64,000 nucleotides of DNA from Rebecca billardiae RCC1528. Taxonomy: Eukaryota > Protista > Haptophyta. Shown in pieces: positions 1-12,433 of the stretch. The notes beneath the pieces are model-generated. The model was not told where the DNA came from. It did not search any database and saw only the letters and a program-made list of their open reading frames with translations. The stretch lies in assembly GCA_965240325.2 (NCBI GenBank), contig OZ251241.1:62001-126000 (forward strand). The letters are read 5' to 3'. Both the position numbers and the translations under genes were made by a program. Position 1 is the first letter of the stretch. Each line of letters opens with the position of its first letter.

Positions 1-2063
1 CCCGAGCCGGCGCCGGGCACGACCGAGCCGTCTGCGCTGCCCGCGGGCTGCGCGGCCGAGCCCTCGCCGCCGGCGCCGCTGTCCGCGCCCACGCCCGCCC
101 ACGCGCACACCTCACGGCTGCGCGCACGCGCACGCGCACACGCGCGCGCGGCCGGGCGGCGGGCGGCGCGCGTGAGTCGCGGCGCGCGCGCCGGCTGGGA
201 GGAGGGCAGGGCGGCGCGCGCGGCGCGCACACACCTGTACCACGCGCGCTCGTACAACCCGAGCGCGCACGCGATAGCCGCCGCGCACAGCAGCGCGCGC
301 GCGGCGACCGCGCGCGCGTGCGTCGTCGCCGCGCGCGCGGCCGCGGCGCGCGCCGCCGCCTCGGCGCGCGCGAGCGGCGCGGCGGCGGCGAGCGAGAGGC
401 CCCTGGCGGAGAGCGACGCGCCGCCCGCCTCCTCCTCCGCGCCGCCGCCCTCCGCCACCGCCGGCCGCGGCGGCGCCCACGGCATGCGCAGCCGCTGCCA
501 GCGCGGCCGCGGCGAAGCGTGCCGCGCGCCGCCGCGGCCGCGCGCGTGCGCGCCGCCGCCGCCGCCCGCCGCCGGCACCGCCGACTCGGGCATCACGACC
601 GCGCGCGGCGAGAGGCGTCCGGACGGCCTGCGCGCGGCGTCGACCAGCCGCCGCCCCGCCTCGGCGCCCACGCCGCACCCCACCGCCGCCGCCGCCCCCG
701 CGCCCCCCTCGCGCGCGCACGCGGGCGGCGGCGGCTCGGCGCGCAGCTGCAGCTGCAGCTCAATAGCACCGCCCGCCTCGGCCTCGGCGGCGGCGTCCGC
801 GTCCGCGGCGGGGTTGGGCGCGGCGTCGTGCGCCGCGCCGAGCGCGCAGCCGTTCAGGTCGTGCAGCGGCTCCGCGCCGCGCTGGGCGCGCCCGCCGAGC
901 GCGCCCGCCGCGCGCGCGCGCGCGCGCGCCGCGGCCGCGCCGAGCGCGGCGCGCGCCGAGCCGCGCGCCGCCGCGGCCGCGTGCTCGGCGGCACGGCGCT
1001 CGGCGGGCTCGCGCGCCGGGCTGGCGCGGTCGCGCGCGCTGGTCGGCGGCGGCGAGCCCGCGCCGCCGCCCGGCCCCGCCCCTCCGCCGCCGCCCGTGTG
1101 CAGCGCGTGCCTGTAGATGTTCGCCAGGTTGCCCGACTGCACGTACAGCAGCGCGCACGCCCAATCGACCACCGCGGCCAGCACCACACACATGGCCGTG
1201 TGCGCCGGCAGCGCGACCGACCAGTGCACCGCGCACATCAGCAGCTGCAGCAGCAGGCCCAGCGTGACGCCGACGGCGTACGCGAGCGCGAGCAGCGCGC
1301 GGCACAGCGAGAGCTCCGAGAAGTCGCACAGCCCGCAGCTCGCCATCAGCAGCACCGCCGGCCGCAGCGGCGCCACGGACCACAAGTCGGTGGGCGTGGG
1401 CCCCGAGGACGCACCGCCGCCGAGCGCGCCGCCGGCGCGGAAGGAGAGGGAGGGCGAGCGCTTGGCGCCCGGGGCGTCGGCGGGGGGCGGCTCGGCGGCG
1501 GCCGCACCGAGCGCGTGGCCGCGCAGCCGGCGCGCCCACGCCCTCAGCTCGCGCAGCGGCCGCGCCTGCAGCCACAGCCGCGCGCGCGCGTGCGCGTGCG
1601 CGCCGTCCGCGCCGTCCGCGTGCGCGTGCGGCGCGGGCGGCAGCGCGTACGCGGACACGGGTGGGCGGAGGGGGCGGAGGGCGTAGCCGCCGTACCCGCC
1701 CTGCCCGCCGCCCGCGTGCACGCGCATCAGCGGCATCGGCAGCCGCAGCGAGCGCGCACTGCCGCCGCCGCCGCCGCCGCCGGGCGAGGCCAGCGCCCCG
1801 CCCCCGCCCGCGCCCGCCGCCGCCGCCTCGCGGCCGAGTGCCAGCAGCGCGCCGCACGCGCCGCACGCGCCCGCCGCGCTGAGTCCGAGCGGGGGCAGCG
1901 GCGTCATCGGCGTGCCGAGCGCGCCGCTGCCTGCGGGCGCGCGCAGCGGCAGGCCGCCTTGCTGCGCGGGCAGCAGCGCGCCGCTCCCGCCGCCCTCGCT
2001 GCCCGCGCCGCCCCCGATCGGCAGCAGCCGCGGCCCCGCGCCCCCGAGCCCGCTCCCCACCGA

Positions 2064-2098
<35 letters not shown>

Positions 2099-4469
2099 TG
2101 CCAGGCTGCCCCTGCGGCGTGCTCGCGCCCGACGGCTCCCACCCGCCCGCCTCCTCCCCCGCGCCCGAGTCCGGCGCAAACGCCGCGAGTGCGATCACCT
2201 CCTGCCCGGACTCTGAAGCCTCGAGCACGCACCGCCACCCCCACGCCTCCAGCGTGCCCACCAGCCGCTGGATGCGGTCCGTGTCGCGCGCGGAGAGGGG
2301 CGCGGGCACGCCGCCCAGGCCGAGCCCGCCGTACCCGCCGTACCCGGGCGGGTACGCGGCGCCGGGCGGCGCGCCGCCCATCGGCGAGCCCGAGCGCAGC
2401 GGCGCGCCCAGCGGAGGCGGCTGCGAGCCCGCCCCGCACCCCGGCACGAGCGGCGCGAGCTGCGGCGCGGACGCGGCCGCGCGCAGCGGCAGCGGCGACT
2501 TGTCCTGCCCGACGCTCAGAGGGCCCGGCCCCGCGCTGCCGCCGCCGCTGGAGGGCGGCGGCGTGGGCTGCCCCGCGCTGCCGCCGCCACTGCCGAGCGG
2601 CGGCAGCGGCTGCGGCGGCGTGCCGCCCGCCGCCCCCTGCCCGCCCTTCTCCGTGTGCTGCGACCTGAGGTGCTCCTTGAGCAGCGACATCTCCGCGGGC
2701 AAAGGGTGCGCGCGCTCGTCCGCGCTCTTGGGCGTGAGCGCGCTGTACCCGTACGAGTAGGAGTAGGGGTACCCCGGGCCGTGCGGCGTGCTGGCGGCGG
2801 CGGTGGCGCCGTCGCGCCCGCCCGCGGGCGGCGCGAGCGCGCCGACCCCGCCCTGGCCCGAGTCACGCCGCGCGGCGGGCGGCTGCGCCAGCGGCTCGGC
2901 GGGCAGCTCTGCGCCCTCGCGCGCGGCGGAGGCGGAGGCGGAGGCGGCCGTTGACGCGGCCGTGGGGGCGGAGGCGCGACGGCCGCTGCCGCCGCCGCCG
3001 CCGCTGCCGCGTCGGCTGGTCGAGCGGCCGCCGCCGCTGTGCCCGCTGCTGCCGCCGCCAGCGCGGCCACCGCGCTCGTGCGCGGCCGCGGGCGAGCCCG
3101 ACTCCGCGCCGGCCGCGCCGCCACCGCCGCACCGCCGCGCCGCGTCGAGTGCGCACGGCGCGACGGCGGGCGCCGCCGTCGACACACCGGCGGCCGCGCC
3201 GGCGCAGCCCGCGGCGACGCCCGCCGCCGCCGCGGCCGACGTCGTCGGCGCGCCCGCCGCGCCGCCGCTCTGCGCGCCCAGCCCGCGCTGCTGCTGCTGC
3301 GCCTGCTGCCGCTGCTGCTGCTGCTGCGCCCGCGCCTGCGCCCCCTGCTGGCCGCAGGTTGGCTGCCGGGGCTGCCGCTGGGGCTGCCCGCTGTCGCCAG
3401 CCGCTGCGGGGCACGCCGGAAGGATGGGCTGGAGCGAGCCTCGCTCGGCGGGCTGCAGGTGGGCGGGGTCGAGCGGGCGGGGCAGCACGCCCCGCCGCTT
3501 GCCCACGCCCAGCTCGGCGGGGTGCGGCGGCGCGTCCGCACCGCCGCTCGTCGCCGGCCGCCTCGGCGCCACCGCGGGCGCGCCCGCCGCGGCACCGCCC
3601 GCCGCCGCCGGCTGTGACCGACCCGCCGCGGCCGCGCCCGCCGCGGCGGCCCGCGCGGCGGCGCGCGGCGGCGGCAGCTCGGCCGCATCGCCCGCCCCGG
3701 CACGCGCGCCGCACACGCCCGCGCCGCCATCCTCCGCCGTCGCCGGCCGGTGCTCCGCCTCCGCCGCGGCACAGAGCCATCCCGCCTCAGCGGCGCACGC
3801 GCGCGGCGCGGCGGCTTCGGCCGCGGCTGAGGCGTCGGCGCACGGCGCGGGGCGCGCGTTCGGGTCGTCGGACGCGACGCGGAGGGGCTGCCGGTGCGGC
3901 GCCAGGCCGTCGTCGCGCAGCTCGCGCCAGGTGCGCGGCACGCCCGCCGCGGGCACCGCGCCCTCGTCCGCGCCGCCGCCGCCGCCCGCCACCCACGACT
4001 GCTGCGGCGCGGCCATGCTGCCGCCCGAGGCGCGGCGCGCGCGCGCGTCGGCGTGCTGCGGCTGGGGCTGCAGCTGCGCCGGCCGGTGCAGCTCGAGGAT
4101 CAGGTCGTCGCCGCCACGCCCACCCATCACGCTGCGCATGTTGTAGCTGCTGCTGCCGTTGCCGCCGCCGTCGCCCGCGCCGCTCAGCGTGCGCGCGGCC
4201 GCCTGCGGCTCGGCGGGCTGCACGGGCTTGCCGTACGACTCCCAGGCATCCACCGAGGCGCCCACCTGCCGCGGCGCCGCCGCCGGCCGCTCGGCCGCGC
4301 CGCCCTGCGGCGGCGGCGGCGCCGCGGCGGGCGGCCCGGCGCCGAGCGCCTCGGCCACGCGCGCGCGGCTGCTGGCGGACGGGTTGCCCGCGGCCGTGGC
4401 GGTGCCGCGCGCGGAGGCGCCGCTCCGCCACGCGCCACTGCCCTCGCCCTCGCTGCTTCGGTCACCCAT
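1..4469 (-). CDS. Large low-complexity hypothetical membrane protein, 3' end outside the window
   Basis: Manual translation from the ATG at 4469 (MGDRSSEGEG...) stays open down to a GT donor at 234. Intron 234..118 ends in GCAG and the frame continues to the window edge. Hydrophobic segments lie at ~1130-1340 (RALLALAYAVGVTLGLLLQLLMCAVHW, AMCVVLAAVVDWACALLYV) and ~250-300. Absent from the ORF track, presumably because no stop falls within the window. Confidence 0.6.
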
Positions 4470-4746
4470 GGCGCTGCTCTCACGCGAGCGAGGGGCCCGA
4501 CGCCGGGAGGTTAGTGCGAGCCGCGCCCGCCATCCCAACCAACTTGCTCCCTGCACCAGCCAGCGGCCAGCGGTGGGGACCGTTACGCTGCGGGTCCAGT
4601 TTTTTTTCATGCCCTCAGAAGGCTCGCGGACACGATGCCGGCCCGGGTGGCGGACCCGCCGACGGCTATTAGCGCCGACGTCGCTCAGGCGCGGGCTCCC
4701 GTCAGTCAGAACTACTACAGTGACGATACAGTACGGTATCCTCGCC

Positions 4747-7700
4747 CTACCCCAGCGCCTCTGTGCCGCCCTCCTCGCCCTCCTCCTCCTCCTCCTCCTC
4801 CTCCTCCGACTCGTCCTCCTCCTCCTCCTCGCCGTCCTCCGGGAAGTCGATGCCGCAGAAGTCGTCCAACCCGCCCTCGGCGCCGTAGCCGCCGTACTGC
4901 TCAGAGTAGCGCTCGGCAGCCCCGCCCTCCTCCTCGCCCTCCTCGCCCTCCTCGCCCTCCTCGCCCTCGCCCTCGCCCTCGTCGTCAGACGGCCGCTGCT
5001 GGTTGGGCGGCCGCTCCGCACCGCCCACCTCCTCCTCCGCGCCGCCGTGCCGCTGTCGCTTGCGCGGCCGCGCGCGCACCGAGCCGGGCGCACCGCCCTG
5101 CGCACCGCCGCACGCGCCACGCGCCGGGCGCGGCCGGCCGCGTCAGCGGGCGCGCGCGCGCGCGCGCCCACGCGCGTGCGTGGCGCGTGCGTGGCGCGTG
5201 CGTGGCGCGTGCGTGGCGCGTGCGTGGCGCGTGCGTGGCGCGCACCTCTCCGTTCTGCGGGCGCGCGGCGAGCGGCAGCAGCATGGCCGCCGCCGGCTCC
5301 GCTGGCTGCGAGTTGAGCCGGCGGTTGATGCGGTGCAGCTCGAGCGCGGGCGAGACGCCAAAGGCGTACAGCCCCTTGGAGCGCGGCAGCAGCTCGGCCG
5401 CGCCGCTCGGCGCGCTCGCGGCCTGCCGCGCGCGCGCGGACGCGCGCGGCGCGCGCGCGGCGCGGCCGTGAGCCGCGGGGTCGCGCGGCCGGCCGGCCGT
5501 GCGGCGCGCGCGCTCGCGGCGCGGGGAGGGCGGGCTCGCGGCGTGCGGCGGCGCACCTGCGCCGCCACCCGCGCGTGCGCGTACACGCCGCCGCAGCGCA
5601 GCCTGCGCGAGTGCGGCATCGTCTGCGCGCCGCAGCCGCCGTCCGCCTCGGCCGCCGCGGCGCCGCGCTCGCCGCCGCCGCACGCCGGGCCGCGCGCGGG
5701 TATGGTGGGCGGGTCGGTGAGCAGCGTCTTCTTCATCGCGGGCACGAAGAGCGTGTTGTAGTACGAGATGATGTCCCCCAGCTGCACGCCCTCCGCCTCG
5801 GGGCCACACGCGCACGCGCACTCCGCGCACGCGCACGCCGCGCCCGCGCACCCGCCGCCCGCCGCGCCGCCCGCGCCGGTCGGCCCCATGGCGCGCACGA
5901 GCGGCACGCCTCGGAACGCGGCGGGCGTGGCGAAGGGCTGCGCCTTGTACTGCTGCACCACCTGCCGGAAGCTCACGCGCAGCTGCGCGCCCTTGCACAC
6001 GCCGTACGTGGCTGAGAGCAGCACGTGGTCGAGCAGCCGCCCCTCGAGCAGCTGCGGCTGCTCGAGCAGCGCCGCGCGCACGCAGCGCCACGCGTCGTGC
6101 AGCAGGCCCTGCGGCAGCCGCAGCGCGCAGCACAGCGCGTGCAGCCGCGCGGACGCGTGCCAGAGCACGCGCTCGAGCACGCGCTGCACGCCCTTGTCGC
6201 GCGCCGAGCCCGCGCGCGCCGCGCACCCCGCCCCCGCGCCGTGCGCCAGCAGCCTCGACCCCCGCCCCCACACGTACTGCTCGACCAGCGAGACCTCGAG
6301 CGTGCGGAAGTGGCGCACCATCGGCGGCGGCAGCGCGAGCGCGCGCACGAACGGGCCGACGGTGAGGAGCAGGTGGTACGGCGAGACGCGCGGGTCGGAG
6401 AGGCACACGGGGAAGAGGAGCGCGTACATGTTGTACGCGAGCGCCACCGCCTCCGCCGCGCACGCCAGCAGCGCGTGCTGGAAGGGCTCGGAGCGCAGCA
6501 GCACGGCCACGCCGTGCTCCGCGCCGTGCTGCGCGCCGTGCGGCGCGCACCCGCCGCGCGCCTCCTCCTTGAGGTCCTCCTTGAGGAGCAGCGCGGTGAG
6601 CACCGCCAGGTACAGCCGCACCACCATCGACGTGCGCGTGTCCAGCGCCGCCGCGCTCGGCGCGCCGCCGGCCGCGCCGAGCCCGCCGCTCAGCAAGACG
6701 CGCGCGGACGAGCGCACGCGCGCCGCGCCCTCACGCGCGCGCCCCATCAGCAGCTCGGCCGCGCCCGGCTCGGCGTGGGCGTCGAGCAGCCGGCGCAGCG
6801 CCGCGCTCGGCTCGGCGAGCTGCCCCTCGATCTTCCCCTTGATGAACGAGATCAGCTCGAGCGACGCCGAGATCGCCGACGCCAGCGGCAGACCGAGCGA
6901 GGCGCGCACGTGCGGCGTGGGCGGGGGCACGCTCAGCGCGCCCGCGCCGTGCGCGCCGCCCGGCGCGGGCGCTGCGCGCTCAGCGCCCGCGCCGCCCGCG
7001 CCCGCGAGCATTGCGCCGCCCCTGCCGCCCTCGGCGGCGCCCTCCGCTGCGCCGCTGCCGCCGCCGCCGCCCTGCGCGTAAGAGTGCGCGTGCGCGTGCG
7101 CGTGCGCGTGCGCGTGCGCGTGCGCGTGCGCGTGCGCGTGCGCGTGCGCGTGCGCGTGCGCGCCCACGCTTGCCGCCTGCAGCAGGTGCAGCTCGTCCAG
7201 CTCGAGCAGCTCGGTGCCGTCGCAAGGGGGCGCGTCGGCGCCGTTCACGTGGCGCGCGTACGTCGCGGAGAGCGCCTCCACGTTCCGCGCCAGCACGCTC
7301 GTGTGCAGGATCCCCGGCGAGTAGGCAGCGGCGGCGGCGGCGGCGGCGGAGGCGGCGGCGGCGCTGCGCTGGTGGGCGCGCGCCGCGCCGCGCGCGTGCG
7401 GCTGTGCCGGCGGCTGTGCCGGCTGCACGAGCGCGCCCGAGGCGAGCAGCGCGTCGAGGGCGGCGGTGATGGTGCCCAGGTGCGCGCGCACGTCGTCCAG
7501 GTCGCACGCGCACAGCTCGCACACCGCGTGCAGCGCCGCCGCGTCCGCCCCCGGGCTGGTGCCGACCAGGCTCAGCCCCTCGCCCTCCGGCATACACCCC
7601 AGGTCGCACGCCGCGACCACGCGCTCGCGCGCGGGCGTGAGCAGCCAGTGGGCGCGCGGCATGTGGCGCGCGAGCCAGTAGAGCGTCGCGCCGATGAGCA

Positions 7701-8271
7701 CCGGCCGCGGCACGCCCGCCGTCGGGGGCACGCCGCCGCCGCCCTCGCCGCCCCCGTCGCCGGCCGCCGGCTCTGGCGCGGAGCCGAGCGCGTCCAGCCG
7801 CGCGAGCGCGTACAGCAGCCAGCCGACGCGCAGGGTGAGGCCGCGGTGCGGCTCGGTGCGCGGGCCGGTGGCGTGGCCGAAGCACGCCTCGAAGTTGCGT
7901 ACGTACGCCGACGCCAGCCGCAGCGAGTCGTCAAAGTGCGCCGCCAGCTGGTGGCCGAGTGCCTCGGCGCCGGTGCCGAGGCCGGCGCTCGCCGCAAACG
8001 CGCGCGCGCGCCGCGCAAAGGCGGCGACGTCGGCGCCCGAGGCGCGGGCGATGCGCGCGGCGTTGACACCCACACCGCCGCCGCCCGAGGCGACGCGCTG
8101 CGCCAGCACGCCGAACACCGCGCACGCCACGTCGACGCGGTCGGCCGCGGCCGCCTCGTGCGCCGTGGCGTGCGCGCGCTCGGGGAGGCGGTCGAAGGCG
8201 GCGGCAGCCGCCGCGCTGGTCGCACTGTCGAGGCCGAGCGTCGCGCACACGCCGGCGCACACGCGCTCCAT
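4747..8271 (-). CDS. RBR: Retinoblastoma-related pocket protein (3 exons)
   Basis: Pocket A-like SPYHLLLTVGPFVRAL..PPMVRHFRTLEVSLVEQYVW; pocket B-like LLEGRLLDHVLLSATYGVCK..SFRQVVQQYKAQP..GDIISYYNTLFVPAMK. The donor at 5556 leads to an exon PRSKGLYAFGVSPALELHRINRRLN (RB C-terminal-like). Last exon 5097..4747 has a basic RPRKRQR motif and an acidic tail. Start at 8271 (MERVC), or alternatively 8433. Confidence 0.9.
5174..5241. repeat. Intronic 11-bp tandem repeat (GCGTGCGTGGC), about 6 copies
   Basis: Directly visible in RB intron 2. Confidence 0.85.
7084..7161 (-). repeat. Coding hexamer microsatellite encoding a poly-(His-Ala) tract in RB
   Basis: (GTGCGC)n in frame, translating to HAHAHA... 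Confidence 0.9.
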
Positions 8272-8584
8272 CCGTGCCGCACGACCGGGCGCCCGCCGCG
8301 AGCGCGGAGCCGGCGCGCGGCGCTGCGCCGCGCAACACGAGGCTGCCGTGCGCTCCCGCGAGGGTGCCTTTGGCTGGGCAGTCGCCGCCGGCTCTCCGCT
8401 CTGGGAAGAGTCCGGCCCGGGCGGCGCCATCATCTGCCGCAGTGATTATTGGAGTCATCGCCGCACGTCGTCTTGTACCTCGCATCAATGAAATTGTCGC
8501 GGCGCCGGAAGTCCGGAACGCCGAAAACCAGATGACTATTTGATGACTATTTCTTTGCCGCGACGGCGACAACACCTGGCATCG

Positions 8585-10471
8585 TCAGCTCGCGCACTCC
8601 TCCGCCTCGTCCGACGACCACCACGCTGACAGCGACGCCTCGTCGTCGTCGTCGTCGTCTGAGAGCTCGGTGGGCGCCGACAGCTCGGCCTCGGCCTCCA
8701 GCAGCTCCTCCGCAGTCGCGTCGTCGATGGCGCGAGAGAGGCGGCCGAGCCAGTAGCTCAGGTGCCCGCCGGCGAGGCAGAAGTCTGGCGGGTGCGCGCC
8801 CGCCGGCACGCCGTTCTGCGCGCAGCGCCACTCCTGCCGGAGCGCGTCGGCGAGCCTCGCCGCGTCCGCGCCCGGCCGCACCGCCTTGGCGCGCGCCCAC
8901 CTGGCTGTGATGTAGTCGGGCTGCGCGCGCTCGGCGATGGTGGTGGACTGGACGACGGTGGGCTGCGCGTGCTGCATCGTGTCGTGCGCAAGCGCGGTCG
9001 CGGCGCGCGCGCGCTCGCCCGTCGGCGCGCTCTCGTCCGCGAGCAGCACGCAGAGCGGCAGCACCGCGCACGTGAGGTACACGGACGGCTCGAGCGAGCG
9101 CACCGCCCGTGGCACGGCGCGCGCGCACGCGCCGTGGCTGCGGAGGCTTGTCAGGGGGCCGAGGCTCAGCGCGTCGAAGGCGTCGAGGCAGGTGTACAGG
9201 AGGTCGTGGGAGATGGCGAGCGTCTCGAACCACCCGAGCGCGTCAGCGGCGCTGCCAGCCGCCCACTGAGCCGCCTGGCCAGAGCACGCCGCCGCCTCGG
9301 CCGCGCGCACGCACTCGCGGTGCGAGAGGTCGGCCGCGCCCGCGTGCATGCACAGCAGCAGCGTGCGCAGCGCCCGGTGGAGGGCGGCGACGCCGCGGCA
9401 GAAGGCCGAGGCCGCGCGGCTCTCGTCGTCATCGTCGCCCTCGCTGCCGCCGCTGCCGTCCCACGCGCCGGCTCCGCGCGCGCTCGCGAACACGCCGAGC
9501 TGGTGCGGCGTGCGGCTGAACGCGCCGAGCAGCCGGCACGCGAGGCAGCCGAGCGCCTGCACCGCGCCCATGCGCTCCGCGCCGCACGCGCCTGCTGGCC
9601 CGCACACCACGCAGAGCGCGTCGCAGGCCACGCGAACCAGCTCGATGTCCAGCACCGCGTCGTCGAACGCCACGGACTGGAACGCACCACCCTCGGCTTC
9701 GTCGGCCGCCGAAGTGGCGGTCGTGGGTGCGGGCGCGGGGGCCAGCGCGGCCGGCCGCAGCGGCAGCAGCAGCGGCAGCATGTCGACCGCCGCGAGGAAG
9801 CGCCCGGCGCACACGCGGCCGCAGCCGTCGGAATCGCCATCCGCCGAGTCGAGCTGGCCGGGGGCAGACGCCGGCGCGGCCGAGGGCGCCACGCCGTGCG
9901 CCCCCCGCTCGCCCTCGCGCAGCATGAGCGCTCGGAAGGTGGCGGTGAAGCGCACGCACGCGCGGAAGAGGCCCTCCTCGGCGGCACTCGGCTGGCGGCG
10001 CGCCTGCACGCACCGCGCGGCGGGGGCGGCCGCGAGCTCCGCGGTGGGCGCGTCGGGCAGCTCGATGGGCGCTCCGCCAGCGCCGCGCTCCAGCTGCTGC
10101 ACGCGCGCAGTGGCTCTCCTGCTCAGGCCCTCGAGCGCGGCACGGAGCGCCGCTCGCGTCGCGCCGCTGCTCAGCACCTCGACTCGCTCCGTCATCATCG
10201 CGCGCGGCCAAGGGGCCTTGCGGCATGTGCCGTTGACACAGGCGAGGGCAGCGAAGGGCGTCAGGTCGCACCACGCGGGCTCGGCCGCCGTTGGCACCGC
10301 CAGTTGGTGAGCGATGGCCGCGACGAGGTCTGGCGTGTTGAAGACGATTCGTGCGGTGCCGCCAGCACCAGGTCCGTGCGCGGCCACTCTGCGGGGAGTG
10401 GCGCGATCCGCAGAGACAGACGCGCATGGCGAGCTGCGGAAGCGAGCGGGGGTGCGTGGGGTGTCCAGCAT
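8585..10471 (-). CDS. Hypothetical protein, possible N-terminal F-box-like motif
   Basis: Single long ORF with protein-like composition and an acidic C-terminus. IVFNTPDLVAAIAHQL weakly resembles an F-box. Likely start MLDTP at 10471, where GC content steps up. Confidence 0.6.
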   Translation of the reverse strand: MLDTPRTPARFRSSPCASVSADRATPRRVAAHGPGAGGTARIVFNTPDLVAAIAHQLAVPTAAEPAWCDLTPFAALACVNGTCRKAPWPRAMMTERVEVLSSGATRAALRAALEGLSRRATARVQQLERGAGGAPIELPDAPTAELAAAPAARCVQARRQPSAAEEGLFRACVRFTATFRALMLREGERGAHGVAPSAAPASAPGQLDSADGDSDGCGRVCAGRFLAAVDMLPLLLPLRPAALAPAPAPTTATSAADEAEGGAFQSVAFDDAVLDIELVRVACDALCVVCGPAGACGAERMGAVQALGCLACRLLGAFSRTPHQLGVFASARGAGAWDGSGGSEGDDDDESRAASAFCRGVAALHRALRTLLLCMHAGAADLSHRECVRAAEAAACSGQAAQWAAGSAADALGWFETLAISHDLLYTCLDAFDALSLGPLTSLRSHGACARAVPRAVRSLEPSVYLTCAVLPLCVLLADESAPTGERARAATALAHDTMQHAQPTVVQSTTIAERAQPDYITARWARAKAVRPGADAARLADALRQEWRCAQNGVPAGAHPPDFCLAGGHLSYWLGRLSRAIDDATAEELLEAEAELSAPTELSDDDDDDEASLSAWWSSDEAEECAS

Positions 10472-12433
10472 GCTCGCACGGCGACGGCACGTGTCGCGCG
10501 GCGCCGTGCGCGAACGAGTCCAGGGTGATTGTGCTGGATGGTACTGATGTACTGAAGTGCACGGTGACAAGTACTTTACGAGCACAGTACTTACTGGTAG
10601 CACACAAGCAGAGGTACCGGCCAGTAAAGAGGAGTATCGGCGCAATTATGACTCAGCTTCTTCTTCGGCTCTTGCAGCAGCAACTTCTGGCAACGGGACC
10701 GGTGCTTCGCGGAAGATCGGAAGCCAAGAGGACTTCTTTCACAGCGCTGTCGCCGATACGGCCCTGTGATAGGCGGATGTAGGAATCGCGAGATCCGCTC
10801 GAAACGTATTTTCCGGGCGGTGTTACCCGCCGATGAACCACTGCAACCACGGGGTGTAACCGTAACACTATCTCCAGAATCTCGTCGTAAATTATGATGA
10901 ATAAATCGTCTGAACGTGATGCCCCTATTGCACATCGCTTACAATCGGTGGTTGGACGAAAAGTCGAAAACCCGGCCAAACGCCCGCAAACGGCACCACT
11001 GTCAACCCTCAAACACGAAAAAGCCTGCCATTCTTCAGAAGTTGCTGGGAAATCGAAGGAAGGAAGTTCAACTTGGAGCCGACACCGAACCGTCAGCCGG
11101 ACTTTGAGCCGAGACGGCGATGGGCAATGGCTCATCATTCGCCGTCGCCAATGAGTTAGGCATGCCAGCAGAGAAGCTTCGAATGCTCAGCATCAGCCGC
11201 GTACTGGTACGACCAGTGGAAGTGTTGGGCAGGACAGAATCAGCGCATGTGTGCTCTAGATCTGAGGCCAACGGGTGGGCCTTTGCGGCCTTGCGGGATC
11301 CTCGCGCAGTATGCGCACGGCGAGTCACGCGGGCCGCTCCGGTCTCAGTAGTACTCGGGCGGCCCGCGCCATGACTGGCAGCACAAGCACATCATCAGGG
11401 AGCTGTGATGCGTGCCATCGCGGGGACGCTGGGAGGAATAGGGTCGCGTGTATACGGGCACGCGAGTACTTGCATGTATGCCCCCGTCTGCGTGGCCACG
11501 TGGAACGAGCCGGCAAATGGCGACTGCGTCGAATACTCCCGAGGTCTGCTAACCGTAAGCAGCGGGAGCGACCATCCCGCGGCCATTGACCATCAGCACG
11601 AATGAGAGACAAGTAAGTAGTCCTCTTTGCGTCCCGCAGATCGGTGGAGCCCCTTCAGCGCCGGCGTCGCCGCGTCCACCATCCGTCGCCGTGGGCCAGA
11701 TCACGCGCACTTGCCGGCGACATTCGACGCACATTCGCACCGTACTCATTCTATGATTTAACGACACAGGTAGGATAGTGTGAATGTACCGTACTGCCCG
11801 CGGTCCACGGACTCCACGGCAGGTGCACCTCCGCGCACCCCGACGACGACCCTTGACGGCGTGCGTGTCCACGCTAAACGCACTCGCACTGATCATGCTA
11901 TGACGTGTCGGCACGCCACGCACAAGCGACTGCTGTGGAGTACGGTGTAAGTGTGGCGCGGGTCCCACGTGCCACTGCCACTCAAGGCCGGACCGCAGCG
12001 CCCAGCTGACTCACCGGCAACGAGCCCGAGGACGAATGAGTGAGCACTAGGTCTAGTGGTCGAGAATCAACTCATAAGCCGGCAAGCGAAGCTGTCACTC
12101 ATCGTCTCATGATCACGCGCTGCTCACTCATACGACCGCGTAAACCTGCCTAAAGTACGTCAAGCCCCGGTGAGGAACCCGGCCGTGGCGCTGGGGAGCC
12201 CGACGGCTACGAGGGCTGCCGCACGGCGCCGTCCGCACGGGCACGGCGGCTCGCCGGCTCCACGTGACTACTAAGTAGTAGTATGTACTTTACTTGTACG
12301 AGTAAAGTACGAGATACGATCGTACGTCCGAGTATCGTCCACGAGTACAATCGACCTCATCGGTCGCTGTGCGTCGACCGCGGGCAGCGCGACGTGGACG
12401 GGCTCGCGCCGCTGCGCAGTGCCGCCTGCTGCG

